Shown here in pieces: positions 13,340-24,239 of a stretch of DNA of 64,000 bases. The translations under genes and the position numbers were made by a program. Position 1 is the first letter of the stretch. Each line of letters opens with the position of its first letter. Source of the DNA: Trichosphaerium sp. ATCC 40318 (Eukaryota; Protista; Tubulinea); contig JALMLS010000487.1 in the NCBI GenBank assembly GCA_038496445.1, forward strand, positions 212,407-276,406, written 5' to 3'. Under the pieces are notes generated by a model. That model was not told the origin of the DNA. It saw only the letters and a list, made by a program, of their open reading frames with translations, and did not search any database.

Positions 13340-15924
13340 CCAGTCTATTTAAGTATCATTATCTTTGATGAAGAGCAGGTCATCTGGACCGGACCATCTC
13401 TTTCTGTGTTTTTTCTTCTTTTTTTTCGAAAAAAATTGTTGCGAGAATTTATGAATATTTTCTGTCTCGCTTGTTGTTGTTTTTGTTCTTTTTGTGTTAT
13501 TGTGACATATGCTTAGATCTTTTCAACTCACTTCTACGTCTTTTTTTCTTGATTTTAGCTATTTTTTGTTGATCTGGTAGCCTTGGATCATCCTTTTTTG
13601 AAGAACGACGTAAATGGATACTTAGTGATAAACGCTTCCGTCGTTTCTTGACACGAACTTCATCTCTCACACGTGCAGTAGTAGTACCTGGTCTATAATA
13701 AACAATGAGCTAAAATAGAAAGAAGTCTGAAGACCAAAAAAAAAAAAGAAACAAGACTCTTTTCAATTGCTTCTACGGAATACCCTACAGTATTGTTTTT
13801 TTGAAATATTTATCATAAATTCATTCGGTATATTTAGTAGCAAGTGATAAAGAAATTGCAGAAAATTTAAGGAAAAATCAAGGGTGCAAAGTACTTCGCG
13901 AAAAAATCACGTGGGGTTTTTTAAAGGTTATTGTTGGATCCAATGCTTTTGCTAGTTTGTTGGAAATATTTTCTGTACGTACTCAAGATTAGATACTGCT
14001 TTAGATAGAACAGGTTTTCCAGATGGTAGAGATTTTTGTTTTGATACATTAGGCGAGTGTAAGCGAGACATTGTATTTCTTCTTTGTGATTTTATTCTAC
14101 TATGACCTGGTCCTGTCTCTCTATGACTTGATATATTTGGTAATGTTGTTATATCTGATCTTTTAGCCATTGTATGTAGTCTATCTTGTTTCATACGGAA
14201 AGGAGATGTGAAATCTTTAATTTCTTGTCTTGATGTGAAAGTTCTTTGACTCATCATTCTTCTGTTTAAAAAAGGTATCTCAACAAGTGCGAAACGCATT
14301 GTACTTTCCTTAAGAATACTTGAGTATAAAAGAAATAAAAAAGATAAAAAAATCAACGTGGTTGATTTTTGGAATTGACTCAGATTATTGATACGCTGTA
14401 CTATCGCTATTTGTTTATCACGTGATGACGAACCATGAATGCTTTATATAAGCTAGTTGACGCCGTTATCGATAATATGAGTCAATTCCTTGGGTTTTAG
14501 ACAACGTTAAGATGAAATGTGAGGGGTACCTTGGTAGAATCAAACATAACACCTGCAAACAAAAGTTAGATTTTGTGGTTGGCTTGCTGCATATTAAAGC
14601 AAAAGCTTTTTGATGCTATTTTCAAGTAAATATTAATTTTTAGTCACGTACCACGACAATCAAACCAGTCATCATCATCTATTGTTTTATCACATACATC
14701 ACAATAACGAAACCCACAAAGTTCAATTTTAGGTAAATTCAAATGTAAGAGTTGAATAGGCTTCTCTGGAAAGGACGCGCAAAATTCTACGACTACAACA
14801 GCTGCCTCTGGTGCATCATATAATCTTAGTACTAGCGCAAGGTCAGCAAGTGAACAAAAAAAACACAAAATCAAGCGAGCGCTCAGTGATTTCTCCAAAA
14901 AAGAAAAACAATGAGCGAACGGCAATGATTTCATTAGAATACGCACCAGGATTCGCTTCTACTAGACCTAGACCTGTATAAAGCGATGCATAACAAACAA
15001 AATGTGCTCCTCTAGTATTTACTATACGTTTAATCTCATCTTCATCAACTTCAAACCTGTTTAAATAATCATAAGACAAAACCAAAAAAAGGAAAAAAAA
15101 CAAAAAAATAATGATGCAAAAAAGGCACGCTCCGGCGTCGGAGTTTAGTATCTCGGTTTCTCTCATCAGTGGGTAACTAAATAAATACCATACCTTCCTG
15201 ATGGCCACAATGCATTACTCTTTGTCATTCTCAAGTTTGTGAGTTTGCTCTGGGAAGTAGCGAAATATGTTTTTACTCGACCTAATTTCTTTGCAAATCC
15301 TTCACACAAAAATTAATCTCCTTTGTTACATAACAAATACAAAAGGAGTAAAATAAAAACCAAGATGACGCAATTCGCATAATTACGATAGTGTGTCGCG
15401 AAATTGCTTTTTTTTCTACTGGCTGTTGGTATTTTTGTATAAAAGCAAAAACCACGTGATTTTCTTGTACATACAGCGATGTAATCACGTGATAATTTCA
15501 TAATTAAAATGACAATTTACCAGGTCTTCAAAAAATTCCAACTATCTAATTACGTACCTGTGAAAGCCTGCTTTGTACTGATACGTTTCCTACGTGTCGC
15601 TCTAAATGATGTAAGGGGAAGTACCATACAACAAAAAAAATTGCTTTCTAGATCATACTCACGTTTGAAGGTAACGTATAAAAGCTTCATGGCGTGAAGA
15701 TACACCAGGCCAGTTCAAACAAGGATTGTATTGCGTAAAATTATTTTCCTTCATAGCCTGCACATAAGGTATTAAGATTAAAGTAGTTTAAAAACACTTA
15801 CATTGAGTATAACTTCTGCTTGCTTTTTGCCGTAGTCAACTTGCAAAACAGCTTCTGTTCTAAGACTCAGTGGTCTCTCTTGAAGCATCCAATCTGTTTC
15901 GAAGCTACTTACTTCTCTAAGCAT
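13340..15924 (-). pseudogene. Probable decayed multi-exon gene with a degenerate PHD-like finger and basic low-complexity tail (3' end approximate)
   Basis: Exon/intron structure is recognisable (MLREVSSFETDW...; CDVCDKTIDDDDWFDCRG...FHL/RCLKP), but the best spliced frame has in-frame TAA/TAG stops and a frameshift. Confidence 0.5.
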
Positions 15925-16099
15925 TGTGATAACGTGATTTTTTAGTTTTGTTCAGACCGTCAGCCTGCCTTGCTTAACATGTTTTTTTGATTAAGTGTTG
16001 AACACATTCATCTGTGAATTGGCAGTTTAAACTCCCACCTCCACCCAATCTCTGCAGTTTTCGAAGCAAAGACACTACACAGTGTGATGAACACTATAA

Positions 16100-19000
16100 A
16101 TGGCTAATAATAAACCAAATAGATCCAGTTCAGCAGTGCCTGCGTTTAGCGAACATCAATATGATCAGTTTACAAACAAACAAATACGTAAATAACAAGA
16201 GAGCTTCATTACAGTGGCCACCGTTTTTTTTTTCTTTCAGTTTTTTGCCAACTCATCCGTTCTTCGTTTTTATAAGTAATTCTTGTAGTTGATGTTAAAC
16301 AACGTATTACCTCATCATCAAATAAGCGTAATAGTTTATCTGTTGCGTCAGGAAAGCAAAAAAAGTTAGAAATACTAAGAGCTTGGATAAGACAAGAAAT
16401 CCAACAAACGCTTATTGTACAATTTAGTTAATTTAATATTTTTTTTGTTCTTTTTTTTTTGTTCTTTTTTACAAATATGCGTTAACCCTTGTTTGTATGT
16501 AGCCAAAACTGAGAGGATTGAAAGCTTCGATCTTTAATATAACAGAGCTGGATGATGCGGCTTCTTTAAGTGTTACCATAAAGGCAATGGTTGGCGTACG
16601 TATTTTTTGATTTTGAGTGATAATTTTGGAAAAAAAACCAAAAAAAAAAACGAGGTTTGAGGCTCCTTCGCCGCTTATTTCCGTTCAATACGCCTTTTAA
16701 CGATATATAGGAGATAAATAAATGTGTAACTTGGATAAAACCAAAGTCATCGCCACCTGTGAACAACAGAAACAAGTTGGTACGCTTTTTTTTACTACAA
16801 AATTTCTGTAACGATTTTTTTATTGTATTTTATTTTTACTTTATTTAAAAAATCACGTGACCGTGCTCTGGTCACAAAAAAAAAACGGAAAGCCATCCCA
16901 AACCATATCAATTAGTTTTCTTCTCTTACTTTTTTTGTAAAAAAAACCAGACTGCAAGTTTGAGGGTAATGACGAATACTACGGTTAATCTGGAACTTGC
17001 GATGGTAGATATTGCTGAAGCGTCAGTTGAAAAAATAGTAAACAGTAGAGACGTAGTACTTGTCGCAACTGTCATTAAAAGCTTGTCAAAGCTCCTAACG
17101 CAGTTTGAACCTGTACAAGTACCTTCTTTAATTAAAGAAGAAGATAAAATCAAAGAAAAGGCAAGCGGTGGATCAGTGCCAAGGGATATTAGAAAAAGAC
17201 CTCTTGGGTTTACTCCAATGGCTGGGATTGAAGATGCTCCTACGATTATACCGAACAGTGGAAAGGCTAAAATTAACTTGGTGCCAACAGGCATGAAAGC
17301 GAAGAAGCCTATCCTTATCCCAACGTCCCTCGGAAGCAAAGACAACTCGGCTTCAAAACCAAAAGTCAATCTCACTGGATCACCTGTCGTTGGAAGACAA
17401 GCAAGACAACCAACAATTGTGGATAACAAGAAAGGTGTACGGACTCTTGTACCAAGAAACCTTCCGGGAAGTTCAAAGGCTGTAACTTCTAAAGCTGGGG
17501 CTCCTAAGGCAGGATTTCGCTCCACTCTCGTGTTTAGTGAGACACCAGAACAAAAGCGAAAGAATAACAGAAGAAGCATTTTTTTCGAACAAAACAAAGG
17601 CAAGAAACCAGAAACCTCTTCTCTTGCAGCGCCTAAACGAAGAGATTTGCGTAAGAGCGTAGAATATGAGGACAAGGCAGCATTGAAGGAGAAATTAGCA
17701 AAAGCACGTCTTTCCCACTAACGCCAGATTGTTGAAAGTCCTACTTTCTATTTTAGTTTTTTTCCTTTTTTTTTTTCAAACCCGACCGTTTTAACGATGC
17801 TGCAGAGCGATCCCAAGAGTCAAAAACCTAATAAGCGCGCTTCTTTCAGAGCTAGGTAATATACACGTGTTAAAACCTTTGCAATCACGTGATAAAAGGA
17901 TTAACCGGTTTTTTAGAACAATCTCTTCTCCAGAGCTGCGCGAATCTCAGAGAGTGCTGGAATATGTAGAAACGCTCAGTTCAGGAGATTCCCTGGATTC
18001 CACAGGCAAAGAGCACTTGTTAGAACTACTTTCTACTCTAGGCGGTACTAAAATCAACGAAAACGTACTAAACGTAACACAGACAAGAGCGAATAGGGTA
18101 CACAAACAACTAAAATCAGTTTTTTTTGATTTGGGATTTTTTATCAGTTTAAGCACTTTTTTTGACATTTTTAGACCGCCTCCAAGCTACGAAAGCGTGT
18201 CATAAGGACGGACTCAAACAACTTTGAACAAAAACGACGTGTAGTGTGGTAAGCGTTCATCCATATTTAATTATAACGTTTAAGCACGTAACGCAAGGGA
18301 ATAAGGTTAATTTACGTTTTTAGGGACGAAATAATAAAAGCAATCATCGTAAAGCACGGAGGAAACTTTAAAGCAGCTGTACGTATACCCTTATCTCGCA
18401 AGGAAGCAATTTTAAATTTAATCGAAACATTTATTATGAAAACAGTTGACTTTTTTTTTTTGATTCATAAAACGCCCAAATTGAAAATTCCGCCACTGTA
18501 ACGTGTAACCTATGGCCCAGGTCGTCTCCATGGAGGATAAAGGGCCCTCAGGAAGTCAGAAGCTGCGTCAACATCTAATTGGGGTAAGAATGCGTTTTAT
18601 TGCCTCAATTGATCACTAATACCTTGAAGCGGCGAAATAGACCCGTTAATGAGCAAGCACAAGGATTTAGCTCTCCTTCGCAATCACCAAGGTCACCTCG
18701 AAATGCGGTAGTTGAATCGCCTAGGACACCTCGTAATCGTGGCTCTATGAGAATGCAACCTCTACAAACTCAACCCGCACCAGTGCAGCAAAAATCTATA
18801 ATTCTTCGTGTACAGATTCCGAGCCTTAACCATTCAGGCACACAAACAAAGAAATTCGCAGAGGACACAACGCTGAAGGAAGTACTGGATCGTATGGTTA
18901 AATTAATACCAGAAAAATTCAAAACAGCAACGTACCACTTGTATCACAATGGACTGCGACTTACAGGCGAAACACGTACTCTTAAAAGTCATGGTTTAAA

Positions 19001-22000
19001 AGATGGTGGTACGTTTTCTTAATATAACGCCTAAAAAACGCTCTGTTACATCGTTTACGTTATGTTTAAACGATAATTTGACAAACTGACGCCATAACCG
19101 ACTTTTTCATTTCTTTTTGTCATTTTTTTGTTTTCTTTACGTCGTTTACGTTTATCTAAGCTTGTTTCTAGCTGAGATTAAAATGCAAAGAGGACTTGAG
19201 TATGAAATTAGGTTAAAACAACACCCAACAGCAAAACTTCCTTTGCTTGTTAAAGGAGAGAGAACAACAGTAGCTGAAGTTGTCAAACAATGCTCAAACT
19301 GGGCTTTCAAAGGTCATAGACCTGGGACATACCATTATGCGCTTTTAAGAAAGTCTAAGCGTAGAAACTCAAAGTCTCATGGACCTTTGTTACCATTATC
19401 TGAGAAGGACACATTTTTCAGTAACAAACTACGTGTACAGGTGCGTATGCTTGAGAAAGAGCAGCAGAACAAAATGCGTTCATTGTTTAACACTTGGTTG
19501 TTAAACCGCTTTTTGTTTCTCATGTTTATTTGTTGCGTTGTCTTTATTGATGTGTTGTATTAGGATGAACTACTACTTTGTGCTGAGCCGATTAGCGGTG
19601 GAAGCCAGATAGCATTAGAATTAGTTATAGAGTATTCACCTGTCGATTTAATGGAACAAACGGTACGTTTGTATTTTTTTTGTAAAACCAAAAGTCATTT
19701 GTTTTTTTTGTCTTATTAAAACTCTGTTGTGTAGAAATTAGCACAGACCAAGTCAGGATATTTAACAAAATTGGGCGGTGGTGCCGGTGGAAGTAAGAAT
19801 TGGAAAAATCGATTCTTCATTCTGTCAGATGAGAAATTCGAATATTGGCGCGTACGTTAATAAAGAAATACCAACGAAACGAAAAGAAAATAAAAACTTG
19901 ACAAAAGTATTTTGGCATTTTTGCCAACAGTTAAGGGTTCTGAGAACTCCTATTCACTTGTTTAAAGAGTGGTTGTTTTGTAGTTATTATTTTAACACGC
20001 TAAGATATTATACGTAGGATGATAAGGAGTATCAAAAACAAAAACAAAGTAAAGGCGTGTTGTATTTGGATGATTACGTAAGCGTTGAAATTGTAGAAGG
20101 AGATGCCAGTGAATACGGAAAGGTTGCTGCGAAAGAAGCACTTTTTGCTGTGAATACATCTTCTAGGACGCTGGTGATGTATGCTACTTCAGAGGCAGAG
20201 GTATGCATAGTTAGATCTTTAAAGCACTTTACAATTTTTTTTTTTTTTTTTGATTTGATGTTCTCTGACGGGGTGTCATTTTAGAGATCTGATTGGATAC
20301 GAAGACTGAAATTTCTTGGTGAATCAGCACGTACAAATTTCCAAAGCTTACCACAAACCGAGAGAGAGCGTATAATAGAGAATAGAAAAGCGTAAGTTGT
20401 TATTTTTTATTTCTTTTCTTTTATTATTCTTTTTCCTTTGCATCTCTTCTAATCGTTACCATTTTTTTTAGTATGGTTGGTAAAAACTACAAGTCTGGTG
20501 GTAATGAACGTGGTCAAATATCTACTCCTTTCCACGTGAAAAAGGGCGTAAGTAAAATGCAAACAAAAAAGTTTTCGGCACATGCGTATCAAAATTCTTT
20601 TTCATTTCCACAAGTAGCTTTGTGCTTACACAGAATTTTAGGTTAGCGTTAACACTAATTTGGAATGGGAGATTGGTGGCACAAGCGAATTTGATCTTAC
20701 GACAAAACTTGGTGAAGGGTAAGCTCATTCTCATTTTTTTTTACAGTAGAAATACAAGTGTCGCTTGTTTTAGCTTTAAACCGGTTTTTGCTATTTTCGA
20801 TCCAATCACTTTTGAAAATATGTCTATTACTCATGGATACGGCCATACAACCATGAAAACTCCGTGTCTCTTTCCGAACCGCGAAGATAAGCATGGTATG
20901 GCCCTGCCAGTACTTGGGTCCGTGAGGACCAGGGAACGTAGGGTGCTGTATTCATTTTACTTTTTTTTTCCTCCACAGTGGTGTTGTAAAACGCTCACAC
21001 GCGCCTGGGCGGCTTTGTTTTCAGTTGTCGCTCAAAATTTTGAGATTGTTTTTTTTTTGTTCAAAGGAGAAAGTTCGATGTTGTTTTTTTTAGTTATGTT
21101 CTGTACTGATAATTATTTTAGAGCTTGTGGTGCTGTTTATAAAGCTACACATAAGATGTCTGGAGCAGTTCTCGCTATTAAAGAAATTAAACAAGGAAAT
21201 AAGGTAATATTACTAGCGTCCAAAATCTCAGCCTTGTATTTCATTTATTAACTGTTTGCGTAGGCTGAGCAAATTTCGCTTGAAAAAGAAATTAATATTC
21301 TGAAGAAGTGTCGTAACAACTTGATTGTTAACTACTATGGTGTAATCATGAACGACGATTGTGTCTGGGTATGCTCACGTGCAAAGAACTGCAATATTTC
21401 ATTATTCCTCATTTTTTTTTCTTTTCTGTTGACCATGACGTTGTAGATTATTATGGATTACTGTGAAGTCGGTTCAGTAAAAGATGTGATGAAAAAGAAT
21501 AAGGATACTCTAACCGAGGATCAATGCCTATACGTTTCACACCGTTCTCTACTAGGTACTTTTTTTGTTCAAAAACTTTTTAGCGCTACGTTGTTCTGTT
21601 GGTTATTTCTATTGACACTTGTTCTTTAGGTTTGATGTACCTACATAGTAAGGATATATTGCATTTGGATATTAAGAGCGCAAATATTTTACTTACTGGT
21701 GATGGCATGGTTAAGCTAGGTATGATATGATTCAAAACAACTTTTCTTTTAAAATGTCACGTGATTCTAACGATTTTTTTTTCAGCCGATTTTGGTGTTT
21801 CCGCTATCGTAGAGACATCCCAAAAATTTGTTGATGCTGACGACTATGTTGGTAGCCCTCTGTTTATGGCACCTGAGGTTATAAGAAAAGATAAGTATAA
21901 CGACAAGGTAAGCAAAAAAACCATAAACAAAAACATTAAAATTGAGCTTGGTTCTGTATTCTTTCGTATGTTTTCTCTTCACATGCTTACTGATGTATAG

Positions 22001-22413
22001 GCCGATATCTGGTCTCTCGGAATTACAGTAATAGAGATGGTAGAAGGTATTTGATAATTATACTGAGCTTCGCTGACATGTTCAAGGCCGCCCTCCAAAC
22101 ACCGATATTAGATCTATCAAGGAACTTCCAAAAATCTTAGAACGTCCGCCACCTGAGTTCAAGAAAAAGAATCTATGGAGTCCAAAGTTTAAAGCATTCC
22201 TGGCACGCTGTCTTGTTAAGGACATGGAAGCAAGACCTTCTGCACTTGACCTCTTGTTGGTACGTCCTTGAACTTCCTTTGTGTTTTTTTTGTATACAAA
22301 CGACTTGAATTTTGACTTGCCATTAGGAACGTGCATTTGTACCAGAACCAAACGCAACTACTGTCATGCCAATGATTAATTTTGTCAGGAAATTACGAGG
22401 CATAGACGGATAA
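16100..22413 (+). CDS. Multidomain STE20-family Ser/Thr kinase (low-complexity N-terminus, two ubiquitin-like/RA-type domains, PH domain, C-terminal kinase)
   Basis: PH: KSGYLTKLGGGAGGSKNWKNRFFILS...ERSDWIRRL. Kinase: LGEG|ACGAVYKA, AIKEI, WIIMDYCEVGS, HLDIKSANILL, DFG, GSPLFMAPE, DIWSLGITVIEMVEGRPP. Stop at 22411-22413. The start codon is inferred from splicing. Confidence 0.9.
20835..20954 (+). rRNA. 5S ribosomal RNA gene nested in kinase intron 20719-21121
   Basis: 120 nt, GGATACGGCCATAC...CCGAAC...GAAGATAAGC...AGTACTTGGG...GGGAACGTAGGGTGCTGTATTCA. Helix I GGAUACGGC/GCUGUAUUC, helix II ACCAUG/CAUGGU, helix IV GGUCC-GUGA-GGACC, helix V CCCUGC/GUAGGG. Followed by T runs. Confidence 0.95.
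20955..20969 (+). terminator. RNA polymerase III oligo-T terminator of the 5S gene
   Basis: TTTT, then AC, then a 9-T run immediately after the 5S 3' end. Confidence 0.75.
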
Positions 22414-22986
22414 TATCAAGAAAGACAGAGAGAAAAAAAGCGGATAACAAAAAAACAATCAAAACCCAAGAAAAACTTTGAAAAAAAAAACCAAACAATC
22501 TGTGTGAAGCCAAGCACTCAATTTTTTTTCACTTGTTCATCAATGATCCTGATAGTACTTGGTGGTATCACAGTATTGCTTTGGGTTTTTAAAGTATTTT
22601 TATTGGAGAACTAGCACACTTCTTTGAAAAACCAACAAAATTATTTTTGGGTTTCTTGGTATTTTTTTTGATTAAAACCCTGTAAAATATGGTGAAAAAA
22701 AACCCACCTGTATTGTTGTAAATAGCATACATAGACCTTTTTAAAGAACACGTTGTCTTACTTGTCTTGTACATACCTTGCACCGGTCTCGCCCTTGCAT
22801 TAGTGGTAAATAGTCGACTCTACATGACTGACTCGACTTAAGTGGAGGAATAATCAGATTACTTATGATCGTGACTTGAAGTGGTTTTTAAGCTTTCTTT
22901 GTTTTGACACGTGATCATGGTAAACTTTGAGTGGCATTTATTATTAGATTTATGTTTTGCATTATTACACGTTCCTTCTTATTGAT

Positions 22987-24056
22987 TTATACCTTCTCGG
23001 TTGCCTCTTCATATATGGATGCCACAAGCATACCGTAATAAGTAGGATGAACTGGGCCAGCCATAATATTGGACTTCCACTAAAACAAAACAATTAACAT
23101 CCAACCTATGACATGTTACAGGTTTTTTGCTGTGCTAAAGCTTCAACGTACATTCTTTCCTACGGCATCCATGAGCCCTTGTAGCATTACAAATCCAGTG
23201 TATCCACATGACTTACCGTCTGGAGCATGTTTTGCTGCTACTTCAAGTAACTCCTTTCTATCAAAAGTCTTCAACCACCTCTCAATTGCAGAATCAAAAA
23301 GTTCAGCGCTTGGTGAAGATCCTAAAGGTCCTTTGTCTCCGTGAGTGTGAGCTAAGTCTCCTGAAATACACACCAATACTTTCTTATCAAGAGAGGATAG
23401 AGTCTTACCTACGACCCCACCTAGCTTGAGTAACTCATCTATCATAGGTACTCCATTTTCAATAAATCTTCGACAAGGAAATGATAAGAAAACAGTATTA
23501 GCTACTGATTCTAAAGAAGGATTGAATTCCTTCGTGTTTAAGAATGACAAAGGAATAACTTCTCCCCACCTTAAAGGCATACTATGAGGAGCAAATCCCG
23601 TCAAGTTCCTGACATCTATCTGTTGGTCTTTGATAGAACTCGCTATTTTACGGCTCAGGTCAACGTCAATAGGTTGGCGGATGTCTGGGTATCCTTTGAA
23701 TTGGTTTACACCTTCTGATTGATCAGCGTTTCCGCAAGCTTCTGTATTGTTGTAAAAAGAATAGGCGTCTTCATCAGCGATACCGTGAGGCGTTGTAAGT
23801 AATATTACATCAGGTTTGAACGCTGCTACTTCTTTTCCCGCTTCTTTTAACCCTCTATGAAGTGCTTGTGCCTTTTAAACACGTGAGGAGAGAGTAGTAA
23901 CTGAAATTATTCCGTTGCGCTGAGAAAACAGTCGTGATGGCTTGTCGTAACATATTGCGCGTAACGTACATGTTTTATGTCGTTTTTGCTTCCACCGAAC
24001 TCGTGCGTTGGGTCATAAGCGACAGCGCCATGAGGAGCAATAACAACTCTGAGCAT
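22987..24056 (-). CDS. LigB/class III extradiol dioxygenase-fold (Memo/AMMECR1-associated-like) protein, 3 exons
   Basis: IAPHGA, FKPDVILLTTPHG, LRWGEVIPLSFL, ISGDLAHTH...GPLGSSPSAELFD, SCG, PTYYGMLVAS. Confidence 0.8.
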
Positions 24057-24239
24057 AGGTATTGAATTGGTCAATGCAGCGTTAAAGCCTGATACTCACA
24101 ACACTTAACTCAAACACACTTAAGCCTTGATTCAATTGCAAAAACCGATTTGTAGCAAACGCTGTTTCAGGTCGAATCCAACTTTACAAGGTTGACAACC
24201 TAGCAAAGCAAGAACGGCATTATAAGTTCAAGCATTTTA

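Noticed and set aside
16926-17675. 249-aa minus-strand ORF
   Set aside because: Antisense shadow of a long kinase exon.
20622-21251. 209-aa ORF in the ORF track
   Set aside because: It reads through the intron containing the 5S gene; the real kinase exons flank it.
24150-24185. GGTCGAATCC tRNA T-loop-like motif
   Set aside because: No cloverleaf stems or A-box upstream.
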